Source: Girardia tigrina
Taxonomy: Eukaryota
Length of the DNA: 64,000 bases
Direction: 5' to 3'
NCBI GenBank assembly: GCA_001938485.1
Contig: MQRK01222231.1
Coordinates: forward strand, 1-64,000
Shown: positions 1-13,754 of the stretch, in pieces
Position numbering within the stretch: position 1 is the stretch's first letter
How the letters are laid out: each line of letters begins with the position of its first letter
Position numbers and translations under genes: made by a program
Notes under the pieces: model-generated
What the model was told of the DNA's origin: nothing
Database searches by the model: none
What the model saw: only the letters and a program-made list of their open reading frames with translations

Positions 1-470
1 GTTAAAGCATATGCACTAACTCCTTAGTTATTCTCTGGAATTGCTTCACTGCAATTCCATTTTAACGCCGCTGTCTACTAGCGGTCATACATTTTGACAA
101 AAATCTGCTTTCTTCATAACGCTCTTTGCTGCTTAATGCTCCTCACTGGACACGAATGTACCTCAAGCTATATGATTCTATGCATACTGAAAATTATATC
201 TACCCTCAACCAGGCAACTTCCAGCATTACGATAACACTGTGTCGCACTAGATTAACCAGGTCTCCGTACACTGAATACCCGCCTCCGTTCCATCCATCA
301 ACTACACTGTTTCTTCTACTTGCTCTAACTATACAGACAGAACCAACGTCTTCGCTATGATCTATGGTGAAAAAACCTGAGTCGACTATTGTCCTCAATA
401 GCATCTTGGATACATTCGTCAAAATAATTGCCTGTTAAGTGTCGTCACATACATGACCCCACTCGCGAAA
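1..470 (-). mobile_element. Degenerate Gypsy-type gag/aspartic protease remnant
   Basis: Minus-strand translation has LRTIVDSG (retropepsin active-site-like) and a later VDIIFSM..I motif, similar to the protease at 61720-62205; contains stops. Confidence 0.4.
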
Positions 471-693
471 TAGTTCGAAATTGTTTATTGTTTCTTAAAG
501 GTTTTATTTTCCTTCTATCGTATTAAAATAATTCACTAAAATACTTTATTGTTATTACAAAACTGATTCAAAACTCGATCACAAGAAGTAATAATAAAAT
601 TTAAGTTACAAAATTTATGTGATACTAAAAATTATTTGATTAGTTATCTTTCTTGACAAACAGATATATCTAGTAACTATTCTTTTAATTTAG

Positions 694-957
694 ATATACC
701 TATAAGTCTTGCGATTCATCCAGACAATACAAAGATTTATATTAATGCGAAACTAATGAATGTTTCTTGCGAAGTTAATCCAAATGAAATAATAAGTCAA
801 AAATTAATTACAAATATTGAGTTCATATTCAATAATTCGACATCAACTTCCATGCATCCACGACTTGTGACAATTTCAGGAACAGATAGAAGCACTATCT
901 GCTTTAAATGCGGAAGTGATCTGGTTCGCCCTGTTATGAAATGTTATGAATTTTTCG
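694..957 (+). CDS. Exon A1 of multi-Ig-like-domain gene (phase 1-1, 264 bp)
   Basis: tttag|AT acceptor, G|gtaaaa donor; stop-free (D)IPISLAIHPDNTKIY...VSC...TICFKCG..CYEFFG; about 45% identical to exon A2 by manual ungapped alignment. Confidence 0.8.
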
Positions 958-1656
958 GTAAAATAATTTTAATTGTTTTGTTTTTTTGGGTTTTTTAGTA
1001 TTTTAAGTTGAATGTATTCTTAATTTTCTACAAGAATTTAAGTACTTTAAATCTAATTTTAAAAACTTTTTATTCAGAATTTAATTTTAACAGCGTCAAA
1101 AGTATTTTTGAAACATTTATTAGTATTAAAATTAGAATCGTCTTCCCAGCAATTCTTAACACCACATTTATTTATTGACATTCTTCGTTGATTAATAAAT
1201 CTCTACTTAATATCTGAATACAAATGGGAAATTACAAAATTATTGAATCAAATACAATATTATTTGTCCGAATTACATGTAATTTAAAATAACTAGTAAA
1301 TCAAAGAAATATTTTTATATCCATTATGTAGAGAGAGCTCTACTTTGTCAACAAAATTTTAATTAAAAAATTATTTAAAAAAAACAATAAAAAATGAAAA
1401 AAAATCTGTTGGCCAAGCATATTTCCGCCTGCATAAAGCATGGATATATAAAAATATTTTTTTGATTAACTAGATAGACTTTAAATCGTTTTACTAGACT
1501 TTATTTTTTGAGTAATATGAACTACTTATAAATCTGGAACTCCAATGGGACCGTTTTTACCAAATTCTGAGACCTTAAAAATTTTTTGATCAAAATTTTA
1601 CATTATCATTTATTGTCATCGAAAATGAGTAAGTGTGCTAAGTTTGGAGAAAATTT

Positions 1657-1768
1657 ATTATATAAAGAAAGCTTTAATCAAATTCTATTTTCAAAATACA
1701 CACATATATATATATATATGTGTGTGTATTTTGAAAATATAATTTGATTAAAGCTTTCTTTATATAAT
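1657..1768. repeat. ~110-bp near-perfect palindrome centred on a (TA)n tract
   Basis: Arms 1657-1706 and 1717-1768 are reverse complements, with 1 mismatch and 1 extra CA unit. Confidence 0.85.
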
Positions 1769-2029
1769 TATTATCATGTTTCGGTGTTTATAAATATCAT
1801 CATCAGCAATATTTGGAAATTTAGCATTTTAATATTTAAATAGTTCAATATTATAATTTTTCTTAATAATTCAATTTTAAAAGGTATATTAAGTTTAAAT
1901 GGAATAATTTTAAAATTATATTATAATTGATCAAAGTATTATTGGGTATTAAGGGCAAAATTATTTTAATTAAAAATTTTAAGTATTGAAATAACCTTAC
2001 TTACCCATTTTGAATGTTAATTGATGGGT

Positions 2030-3200
2030 TGCAGTGTCTTATTAGTAGAGATTCACAAAACTGTGCTTGGTAAGACATGTGATTTAGCGAAGCGCATCCA
2101 AGATAAAATGATCACCAATACTATGATAGCTATTCACTGTCATACACACCGACTAGCATTAGCTGCAGCAGATTCAACATTTTTTTCAGAAATAGGACAG
2201 CTTTTGTATTATTGCCTCTTTTGTCTTTTCAGATAAGAGTGTCCATCATTATGGATAAATCACTCAGCAATTCGATAAAATTAAAGTGGAGACCGTAATA
2301 TTTTGGGAAGCTATATTTGTCTTTATTTTTCAAATGTACTCGAAGAGCGACAATGGGCACTTTAGGGTTAACCGCTATGTCATCTTGTGAGTGTTTGATA
2401 GTTGCACTATGAGGTTTTTTACTGGATCCAATCTACGGACAGCAAAACTTGCTAAATATTAAATGCTGCTGAGCATCTCTGTAACTAAAATTTAATGAAC
2501 TTGTAAAATGAGATGGTTGAGCTGCAAAGCATCTGTAGATGCAGCACTCAGTGAACTGAATCCCTTACTTCAGTGTCTGGACTACTTCGCTAAAAATTGA
2601 TAGGAGTCCACTGTGGCTAGTTTATTTCGAAAATTGATGAAGATTGAATTCTCGTGTCCACTCCATGATTTGGGAGTTTCTCTGCCACTGTCAATTCTCT
2701 TAAAAAAGAGGACCTCAATTTCGCACAAATTGATCCATCTATGCAGATATGTATTGACAATTTTCGAAAAATGGTGCTGGAACAAAGACAATGACAAAAT
2801 ATGCGAGAATGTTGGCCTAAATACAAAGTGTTTATTCACAACCTTCCAGATACCAATCATGATGAAGAGGAGAGAATGCATACATTAACAACTGCTTACG
2901 CAGAAGTCATGATACAGCAAATTCACAAACGCCTTCCAGAATCTGAGTTATTATGTTCATTCAAAGTCTTTGACCAAGATATAGTCCCGCCTGATGCGAT
3001 TCAGCAAAAGCGATATGAAGAACATGAAATTTTGCACCTTAGTGACAAGTTTGGTTCGTTCCTCCCAGCGATATCAACTGTACAAGCTGAATCGTTTCTC
3101 CTGAGAGAACGTTTACTCATGTCTGAGTTCAAACAGTTTCAAGGTACAGATGATGTATGTCGACAGATCATTCGAAGAAAGATTCATTTATTAGAGAAAG
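2030..3200 (+). mobile_element. Degenerate hAT transposase (ZNF862-like) remnant
   Basis: IHCHTHRLALAAAD and RWLSCKASV motifs; multiple stops and frameshifts. Confidence 0.75.
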
Positions 3201-3329
3201 GAAAAAATAATTTTTTCATTTCTAGTGTACACCTGTGACCCCCGTATTTAAAAATAAAAAAAACTCACTAGTTACTTTTTACCCTACGTTACTGCCAATA
3301 AAAAGGCCAAATTATCATTTTTGCTTGAA

Positions 3330-5280
3330 AAATGAAAGGATTTGTATTTACTTAGTAAATAAAACTCGGTTGCAAGCCATGTAGAAAAGTTGGATATCTT
3401 GGAGTCAAAGCAAAAAAACTGGAATGAATATTAGCAAGGAATAAGTCACTAATGAAATAACATATTCCGGAAAATATAGAAGATAACAGTGTGCGTCACT
3501 TCGAAAAAAATCTTACAACCATAAAGAATCTGCTACACATAAAGCAACAATTAAATTTATTTCTGGAAGATACAAAAAATCTATTGAAAATTTTTTAAGT
3601 CTTTATCAAATGAAAAAAAACAATTACGGAACAGGTTTTTCGCACTGCGTACAATATAGCAAAAGACAATTAATCATTTTATCATTTTGAAGCAGAAATT
3701 GATTTACAGGAACTCAACGGAATCAAAATGTGTCATATTCGATACTCAACAAGTGGGTGTTTTAACATCGTGAATCATAGAAGTGACGACATGAGAAAAA
3801 CTGTCGACGCAAAATTGTTGAATCAAAGAATAAATTTTCTTTAATAAGAGACGAATCAACGACAATAAGTAAAAAAAGTACCCTCATCGTAAATTTCCGA
3901 TGTTACGTCAAATGTGTTGAAATGAATTCACTGATAAATATGTTTTTGGACTTAGTAGAACTTGAAAAAGTACCGGTAGAAGTAGTATTTGATTCCTTAC
4001 CTCAATGTCCTCACTCTTATGGAATAAGAGAAAATTATTTAACCAAATATTTGTTTTCTCTGGCATGAAACGATGCAGCTGTGATGTTAGGTTGTAACAA
4101 TGGAGTCAAAAATTGCAATCTGAATGATTTCCTTCAATTATAGTTTGGTATTGAACTAATCACCGATTAGAATTATCAGTAAATGTTGTTAAGAAAACAT
4201 GATAGATTCAAATCATTTATTGATAAACGTTACGTAATGTATCATACTTCAGCAAAGAATAATAGAGAATTGCATTCTTGTGCAGAATTATTGGGAAATC
4301 AGCTGCTAAAAGTGGAAAGAATATTGAGTACCCGATGGGTTTCATCTAGTTTGCTGAAATTATTGTAGTATGGAATAATTTTTCATCCCTTGTACTTCAC
4401 TTTCTAGAAATTATGAACGACCCTACTAGAGACAAAAATGAGAAATGTACATATGATGGCATGAAAGTAAAAATTACATCCACAGAATTTTTACCGCATT
4501 TATAATTGATGTGTGACACACTCGACGATTTATCAGAACTAAGCTTGGAACTACATGACCGAAGGATGGATCTTTACAGGGCAAATAATAAAATTAAAAG
4601 ACTAGTACAAATTTTTGAAGACAGAAAACATACTCATGGGTTCTATCATATATGCGCTACTGATGTTGTACGTGTTCGCTTTCGTGGAGTAACACTTTAT
4701 GGAAAGCGATCAAGAAAGGATTCTGCCATAGATCCAAGTAAATTTTATACAAAATAGAAAGATTCATTAGAAAGAAGATTGCTTGATAGCAAATTAGATG
4801 AGTTGACGAATGGGTCTCGAGTACGTCGGCATAAAAATATTGATACCCAACTTACATTCGCAGAAGAAGAAATTCGAAACTTTTCACTTAGATTGCAACT
4901 CAATGAAATGAAATGATTCAAGGATATTGTGAATACATCCTCGAAAAGGCATATCCAGGAACACTACTGTATTTGGTAACTACTTTGAATACCATTCCAA
5001 AATCTTCCAGTGAATGCAAACGCTGGTTTTCGCAAATGAATATAATTGCACCCCGCCAAGAACTTCGTTAACGACTAAAACAATATCAGCACTTTTATTC
5101 ATCAAACTTGTCGGACCATATGAGTCTTTGGGCCTTTGAGTCTTTTCGATCCATCAAAATAAGTTGATCTCTGGATATTTAGATGACATCATGTGGCCTC
5201 AGATATGAACAGTAAAAAGAAGAAGTTGAGACGATATATCAGACGAAAATTGGACGAAATTGTGGAATATATTAGTACAA
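3330..5280 (+). mobile_element. Degenerate hAT transposase remnant
   Basis: DESTT, ILSTRWVSSS and SSSECKRWFSQMN (hATC dimerisation-like) motifs, interrupted by stops. Confidence 0.75.
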
Positions 5281-5449
5281 AAACTTGTTTTACTTTTATA
5301 TATGATTATTAATAAATATATTGTGATATATTTTTAATGTATTTTTATTATGAGATGACCATATATATATATATATATTGTACTTTTCGAGACTTATAAT
5401 AAATGAACTACATTTATAAGAAATCTCTATTTTAAAACTGCATTTAAAG

Positions 5450-5587
5450 CGAGGCTGCGGAGTCGGAGTAAAATTGTCCCATTCTGACTCCGACTCAAAC
5501 TCCTATAGTTTTAAAATGTTTAACTCCAACTCCGACTCCGGTTTCTCCAAAAATACCTAAACTCAGACTCCGAACTCCGTAGCCCTG
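5450..5587. mobile_element. hAT-type MITE with GGAGTC/ACTCCG subterminal repeats
   Basis: Termini cgaggctgcggagtcggagt / actccgaactccgtagccctg are imperfect inverted repeats; 8-bp flanks atttaaag and gtttaatg. Confidence 0.6.
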
Positions 5588-5694
5588 GTTTAATGTGCTG
5601 GTTATAAAAAATTTTCATTTGGCTTGACAAAAATATATTATATTAATTTTTTAAAATTAATTTTAAATTTTTTATGTTTATAGTTTTTTTTAAG

Positions 5695-5958
5695 CTTTAC
5701 AAATAATACTAGACATATTTCCAAGGGACACAAAGATCTACTCCCATAATCGCATAATGAACATTACTTGTGTTGTTATACCTGATGTGGTTATAGCTAA
5801 TAATTTAATTACGAATGTTACATTTATTAAAAATAATTCCACAATTACTCCAATATCAGAAAGAGTCATTATTTACGATGGTGTAAATAGAGGTACAATC
5901 TGTTTCACATGTGGTCATCACTTAATTAATCCATTTGAAAGATGTTATGAATTTTATG
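5695..5958 (+). CDS. Exon A2 of multi-Ig-like-domain gene (phase 1-1, 264 bp)
   Basis: ttttttaag|CT acceptor, G|gtaaaa donor; (A)LQIILDIFPRDTKIY...ITC...TICFTCG..CYEFYG; collinear with A1. Confidence 0.8.
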
Positions 5959-6789
5959 GTAAAAGTTTTTACATTTAGCAGAAAAAATGAAGTACTTTAA
6001 TTGATGTTTTGAGTTTTATTTAAGAACTTTAAAACCAATTAAAATTGTTTAATAAAAATAAAATTTATGAAAAATTATAAAAAATTTGTTTTTGAAAGCA
6101 AACATTTAATCCCAGATTATTTCAAATTTTTGCTAATATATGATTATACCATGGATTACAAAATAATCTCTTTGTTTTTATGTAATTTGACAATATGGAA
6201 ATTATCTAAAGATCTCGAAATCACTCAGATATACAATAACAATGATTTAAAGCATTTAGGCGAAGGGATTTGTGTAGCATATATAATTTGTATCAACGAA
6301 CTCGGATTCAGATCGATAATATACGCTACTCGAACTCAGGCTGTAAGGACCAGAAACAATTATTTTTATTCCCCTCTTCCATTGGTATAGTTAAAAAGAA
6401 ATAGTAGAAATAGGTATATAACAACTGTTTGGCAGTCCTAGTGTTAAATTTACGAAATTACGAAAAGATGCGAAATCATTCTAATATCAAAAATTATAAT
6501 ATAAATAATCGTTAAGAACTCTTTTTATTTTCTTTCCTTAAAAAGAAAATAAAGTTTTGCTGTGTCCATTAATCGCTTTGCTGATTTTTTTTAGATATTT
6601 GAAAAGATTTCTCCAAAGAATATCTTTCTGGGATATTCGTGGAAATTCTGTGTGTCGTCATCTTTTTTTCAATATTGTTGTTAACGTTATGTATTTACTA
6701 AGCGGATAGGTAATGGCAAAATATATTTCTTTTAACATATGCCTCTTTCCATTGTCCACTTACAAAAAAAACGTGACTACATCAACAAT

Positions 6790-9600
6790 TCAAAAACATC
6801 ATCGATCTCTTTAATTAAGTTTCAAATTTCCCAGACTATTTAAAAAAATAATCATAACACATTTCGCTAAGAAAACCACATTCATATTCGGAATACTTAT
6901 CGTTATCCTCAGATAACAGGCGAGCGCTCCTAACTAGAGTCGCTCGTTGGAGTGCATTACTCGTATCTTCTTTCTATTCTGCTGCTGACGTATCTGCCGC
7001 AATCGTTGCATTTGACGTGAGGAGCTTCCACTGGCCTGTTCCATGGCAATGTACAAAACTTGACATTGGAAACAATACACATGCGTCTCGGATTTTTTGT
7101 TATTGTCTCTAAAAGTTTTAATGATTTGAGTATTGTTTTGTTTTTACTCACCGAGGAACTCAAGCAACGCACCACAATTGTACATTGTCGAACTTTCCAT
7201 TCTTTGTGTTGCTTTTTGGCCTCCCCTTTCAGCTTTTTATATTTCGTCTCATTGTCTTTTCTTGCTTTCTTTAGAGTTTAGAGTAATCATCAGACTATTT
7301 CTTTTACAGAGACACAAGACATGTATCTGTGTCTCTGTACCTTTGCCGTACTCTTAGCAGATTGTTTCGTTGCTCGATTTTCTCGGTTTGAAATTAGTTG
7401 GGAGACTATTTCTTAGTGCCTAGTGAAGGAATAGCCCTTCTTCGTTTGTAATGTTGTCAATGTACATGACAACAACACTGACCTTGTTATCTGTAATCGC
7501 ACCTTCACAGATTCCAGCCATCGTTTGCTTGCTCTACTATGTGAATTTTAGTTTTACATACAGAAGATGGAACTGGAAGGAGATTGAGTGGATGTGAGTT
7601 TTAGAATTCAAAACCACCTTCGTATCAGTGTTGATCTTTAAGCCTCTTCCACGTTCATTCGTGGTGAATCTGGCTCACAATCAAATAGAATCGAGATATT
7701 TAATTGAGTTGCGAATCTTTGTCCACCAAGATTTGTATTCGTTCTCTCTGTCGCCTTGATTTAACCACTTTAGGCAATTAGAGTGTCCAGTCTCTATCTG
7801 TTTTGTGGTACTTATCTATAGTTTTGGCTAAATTAATTAATGTTAAGTCCTGATATGTCGAGTCCAAACAATTGAGATTTTGAATATCAATTGCATTTTA
7901 TATTCGTCTCTCACTGACACAAGTTCAAGTCCTCCAAGATCCTTATCTACATACAAGCATTTGTTTGAGGAGTTCTGGAATGTGTCACATATTTGTTTCA
8001 ATAGTCATCGGAGTTCTACATAAAGGCCGCTCTTAAAAATTGACTTTTTCTGTACGTAATGCCGTCATCTTTATCCATTGAAATGTTGGTGTCATAAATA
8101 TTGATGTTCTCAATTGAAGGAGGTACATATAGAATACGTACTTACTATGGTTGAACTTCATCGAAGTCCAAGAGACAATCTCCTTTCCATTGTCGACCAT
8201 TGCTTGTAAGCAATCAGTCGTTTTTTAATCAATGCAAAATCGTAGGCTTAGGCAAGAAAATTTATGTGTCCTGTATCAGTCTCATTACCGAATTTTTCAT
8301 TCTCTTGAAGTGTTTTCAGAACAAGATCGATTTCTATAGTGAATAAAAACATCAAAAAGGGACACCCCTGTCGAAACTCCCGTGTGAATTCTATGTTCTT
8401 AGTTGGGCATTCATTGAATATATACACTGACGTAAAATCTGAGTATAAATTACGTTAAATGGAGCATGAAAATTCGTCAACTCCTTTATGTGACAGTGAG
8501 CCAAATGTGTGTTCAATTGGTATACTTCCAAATTTATCGTCAAATCTAAAAATGCAATGTGGTGATCGTTGTTGTCCTCCAATTGGATGCGCATAACATT
8601 TTTGTGTTCTGCACACCCGTCAGATGGACTAGTCCCCCTTTGGAAAGGATGTTGTTTGTAGTCAGGCGATGTTCAATAGCACCACAAAGACATGAATTAA
8701 TTAGCTTTGCTAAACATTCCATCGAAGCAATCGGTCTCCATGAGCCGATTTCTTTATATTAACCATTTTTGCCTTATTTAGGGATCATCACTGTGAGAAA
8801 TTTATTCCATTCCTTTAGAATAATTCTTCTAGTGGTGATCTTATTTACCAGGTATTCCGTGAACTGGCAGCCCGGGTTGCAGTAATTAATATCCAAATAA
8901 TTTATATTAAAAATTCCTGGACTGGTTTTTTTGTTTCCTTGAGAATTGCAGCCACTTATTCTGGAGATATTTGCCTAAATCTAAAAAATGATCTTGAGTT
9001 AATATTTGGAGATCTGGGCCAATCATTTATTGGTGGGTCTCCAGATTTCAATTCAGCGTATTTAGTTAAATTTTCGATAGATATTTCACCATCCACGTTT
9101 GCATCATTTAATATAAGTTATATAGCTTTTTTGGTTTGATTTTGTAATATTCTCTGAAATTTTTATCTTTCTTATTCCTAATTTTATTAAGTTTTTTACC
9201 AGCGTGAACGTTTTTCGAAGTTTTTGTTCTACTTTTTAGTACATTCTGCTTTTTTGTATATTCTGTGATCTTATGTTCTAATTCCTCAGAACTCAGAAAT
9301 TTGCTTTTTTCAATTAGTTTTGTTATATTATCAAATCTTTGAGTTCTGTCTTCTTTTATTTTGATTTGTTTCTCTCTATTTTTTTATTTTTTATTTGTTT
9401 ATTTGATTTTCTTTTTTTAATATTATACATGAGTTCTCTCACATCAGATTTTGGAGTGCAAATATGATACATATGTCGTATAGCGTTTGCAATCCAGTAT
9501 CCACTCTTTGTGAATTGGTTGGAAGTTGGAAAATCATTTATTTCCATCAATACCGAAAGAGGAAAGTAGACTTTTGTTCAGATTGTCAATTACAATCTTC
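6790..9600 (-). mobile_element. Degenerate non-LTR retrotransposon (L1/Tx1-like endonuclease-RT)
   Basis: Minus-strand FRQGCP RT motif near 8355-8380 followed by a decayed YADD-like motif; endonuclease-like fragments near 8600-8900; many stops. Confidence 0.6.
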
Positions 9601-9659
9601 TGCTCTTTTTTAAGAGCATTCGTCAGATTGTATAAAGTGGTTGTTTCGTTATTTGTTGG

Positions 9660-10240
9660 TACGTGACGTTTGGACGCAGAAATGTTTGGACGCTTGGAAA
9701 TTTTGAAGCGGATATTATATTATTATCAGAAGCTGATATGTTAATTAAAAAATAATTATTTTTGTTTGGATTTTTTCTTAGGAAGAAGGCTTAACAAATT
9801 GAAAGCCTAATCTTTGGTATACATTGTTTATGACTAATTTCACAGAATAATTGACTCACTCTAGCTCATATCAGGCTGTTTCACCACCTGAGTCTCAAAT
9901 AAATGCTCGGATTTGTCATCCATGCTTTTAAAAACAAAATTCACTAGATTTCATTGTATCATTGATTCTTGGTCTGCAATAGTATCTAGATTAAGCTGTA
10001 ACAACCTTTCTTTTACTTCAAAAAAGCTCACCAGTTTTTTGCTCATGTAGCTGATAACCATTCTGCTTCAAATAATGCATTTCCTATCATCATCCGATAT
10101 TTATGATGGTGGATTGATAGGAACTGTGCGGAGACTAGTGTGCTTTATCATTATCAACTTAGGTTGTGTAATACCTGAAAATGATGGACCTTGCCGGTTG
10201 TCTTCAATGTTTGTCACCTCCTAGAACTCATTTTATGCTA
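9660..10240 (-). mobile_element. Possible MULE remnant
   Basis: Repeated ttggacgc units typical of MULE TIRs at 9660-9710, plus decayed transposase-like sequence. Confidence 0.3.
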
Positions 10241-10532
10241 AGACGTTGGTAATGTACAAACAAAATGAGAATTTTAAAAAGTAAGATTTATGAATCAATT
10301 TCATTTCCAAACATTTTATTTCAAAAGATTTTATTAATTGTAATTGTACTACCAAGGTTTAACATACATTCTGGAATTAGCCTCTGTAAGAACCATTTAA
10401 TCAACAAAGTTTTCAACAACCAAATTAACGAAATTAGAATCTGGAATTACAATTGAATTTTTAATGTTGTCATTCAGTTTATAAAGGTTACTTAGAGGTG
10501 TTTCTTCCCATATCCAAATAACCAGTAATCAC

Positions 10533-12660
10533 TGTGAGGAATATTTTAAATTGTTTGCATGTATTGATGCTGTATGTTGATGTGAGTATGTTGAACATAG
10601 AATGGTGATTCTCCAACCCAGATGGAAATTGGTATTTTTTGTAATTACAATGATTTATTTTTCGGACATAATTAAAATAATAATTTGATAAATTTTTAAA
10701 ATTAACAATTAAAATTACGTTTAATATTTTTTAGAAAAGAAAAACATTTAATTGGATATTAAAAAAATTAATAGAATTTAAATTAAAATCATTTTTAACA
10801 ATTTGATAACATTTTTATTATTTTGAGTTTTTATTAAGAAATTGTAAAAAATTATTATTTTTAATTGATATTTTTAGAAATGAAATATTTTTAAAAGATT
10901 TAGAAAAATTGTAAGAATAATAATGATTAAAAATAGAAATAAGAAAATCAATTAGAACGATGTCAAACGGTGAACGATCTTCCGAGATTTGTAATGACTC
11001 TAAATATGATAATAATAAATATTCAAATGAAAATTGTCTCAATGTTTTTAACACGGTGTCATGCGACCACGCGACACCAATTATCAGAGGACCGGAGACA
11101 TTGGATGGGTCAGATGCAAAATTAGAAGAATTTCTAATAAGCTTTGAGAGATATTCAAAAAATTTTGGATTTTAGGAAAAAAGAACAGCGACATTATTTA
11201 CAGCATTCATGACCTCAGAGGCGATAAGCATATATGAGGAAACATAAAGAGACAAATGGGAGATAAGAATGGGAAGGGCATTCTCTAAAGAGAAAAATAT
11301 CTTGGAGATTATGAAGGAATTTGTAGAGATTAGAATCGGGGAAAAATCCATCAGAAGTATTCAAAAAGATAGAGGAACTAGTGGAGAAACTAGTAGAAAA
11401 AAAACTGGGAAAAAGATTTTTCAGATCTAGAGTACGCTAACGCTATCGAAGATAGATACGTAAAAAGACAAATGACTCTCAGAAATGTCACAAAAGCAGA
11501 AGATATAAAGAATACTCAAGAGAAAAATTTCGAATTTGAGCTGAAAGACAGGAATTTAAGAGCGAATGGAAAATACGCGACAATGGAAAATAAAAAATGG
11601 AAAAATGTAGAATATAGAATTAGAAAACCGAAACAAAGAAACGAAGAGGGAAAGATCGAAGAACCAAGAAGAAATTTTAAAGCGAGAAGGATCACATGTT
11701 GGGCCTGCCATGAGGAAGGCCATGTGAGAGGGAAATGCCAAAATGTTAAATGCAACCATTGTAATAAGAAAGGGCATGTGATAACACAATGTTATGAAAA
11801 TCCAAACAGATTCAGAGAGCGTGAACAATCTGAAAGAGAAGAAACAAGAAATATAAGAAATGACTGAAGAGAACACACAAATACAAGGTACAGAGGTCAG
11901 ATGGGATATATGAATAGAAGAGACCAGGTAGAAAAATTAGAAGACTACGATGAAAAGTGCGAAAAATCTCGGACAGATCAAATAAAAGATGAAGTCTGAC
12001 AAGAAGAGAAAATATTACAAACAAGAGAAATTTCAGAGACGAACATAGAAACGAAGATGCACGAACACAAGAAGAAGTGATCAATGCTCTTCACTAAGAA
12101 ACGAATGTATGTGTATGGTTGACTGTATGAATGATTGTATTTATGATGACGTATGTTGTGTATGGGATGCTGTTGAAAATATTCCTCATGAATTATGTAT
12201 ATTAGATCATGAAAACGAAATACCCAATGAGAAATGTGACTGTATGATCCCAAGAAAAGATGAAGAATTTGATATATATAATGAAAATATCAAAGTTTAA
12301 AATAGAATACCAAGAACTGAAATGAAGACCTAGTGTAGAATTTCAATTAAAGAATATAAAAATACGATGTCTATTCGATGCGGGAGCACGGGTCAACGTA
12401 ATTAAATTACACATACTCAAAATATTAAATATGTCAAAATAAAGAAGGCAAAAGATGTGCACACTGTGCTAACGAAACTTGTAAACTACGGAATAGTACA
12501 ACTAAAGATTAAGATTGAAAGAATACAGAAAACAGTGGACTTTTTCGTGGTAAAAGATTTGCAACCCGAAATGTTTGCAGGAATGGATTTACTAAAAAAA
12601 TCCGCATAAAACTAAAGAAAGAACCAAGATACAAAGAAGGAGTGTTAATAATGCGCGATA
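10533..12660 (+). mobile_element. Truncated Gypsy-type element: LTR start, gag with two CCHC knuckles, protease
   Basis: TGTGAGGAATATTT LTR start shared with 60694; CWACHEEGHVRGKC and CNHCNKKGHVITQC; CLFDAGA protease-like motif; stops. Confidence 0.7.
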
Positions 12661-12923
12661 ATTTAACTGACGGTGATAATATACCCGGGTACCTAATAAC
12701 CGACATTTTGTATTTGGTTTGGTAAAAATTATTCTTTTTTATTTTCATTTAGATTAATATAACTTATAATATCATATCTTCATGACACCAAGGAAGGACA
12801 TGGGTAGAACTGTAGAAGTTTCTTCTCTCGAAAGATAAATTTGTATATAATTTTATAGATAATTACATAAAATTATTTAAATTTTTGTTATATGTTTATT
12901 ATTTTTAAAAATAATTTTCTAAG

Positions 12924-13190
12924 ATAAACAAGTGAGTATTCATATTATTCCAAGTGATACATCGATATACTTCGTGGAAAACAATTTAACAGTATTATGT
13001 GAGTTTTATCCATCTGATGTAATTAGAAGAAATTTAATTAGCGAAATTTTATTTGAATCTAATTACTCTTATTCTCGTGTTTCCCTATTACATATCTTTA
13101 TTGATAAAATAAATCCTCCTTATCCAACAATTTGTGTAACTTGTGGTCATCGAATGTTTTCATATGTCAAAAAATGTTATAAACCCTTTG
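12924..13190 (+). CDS. Exon A3 of multi-Ig-like-domain gene (phase 1-1, 267 bp)
   Basis: ttttctaag|AT acceptor, canonical G|gtgagt donor; (D)KQVSIHIIPSDTSIY...VLC...TICVTCG..CYKPFG. Confidence 0.85.
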
Positions 13191-13754
13191 GTGAGTCAAA
13201 ATTACAGTACATACACAATAATATTGTATGTATTATTAACAATATTTTCTTTTTAGAAATTTGATTTAAGAAGATATTTATAAATTTTTATGACATTAAA
13301 AGTATAAACTCTTCACTCTTATTGATAGATTTTCTTTTGTAAGTTATAATATATAATGTATAAATTCAACTCTCAGAGAGTTTATTTAAATTTGCGATGA
13401 TTTATGTGAATTACTTTCGAAAGAAAATATTTCAAATAACAAATTCATAATATTGATTTCAAGAATTAAAATTTCCAAACTGATTTCTCAGGGTTTTAGA
13501 TCTCGTCAATTGAAATAGGAATTGTATTTTATTTTCTTATCCGAAATCGATAATTAAAATTTTTAATGATTTCCAAATTGAGAGATTTTTTCATTAAAGT
13601 TCTAATCGGAGACGTGTGTGATTTGTCGCAAAATAATGTCGATAGTGATAATCAATATTCCATTCTCTATCTGGATCAATTCAAATTGAATAATTATAAC
13701 AGAAATATGAATTCAATAACTTTCAATTCAAAATTCGATATTTTGTTTTAATAG

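Noticed and set aside
756-998. ORF-track proteins with hydrophobic C-tails (e.g. KIILIVLFFWVF) as small TM proteins
   Set aside because: The tails begin exactly at the conserved G|gt donor and are T-rich intron read-through, not conserved among the repeats.
6067-6390. 107-aa ORF just after exon A2, and ORF 48749-48994, as further Ig exons
   Set aside because: They lack the P/Y/C...CxxC...CY pattern and matching phase-1 splice sites.
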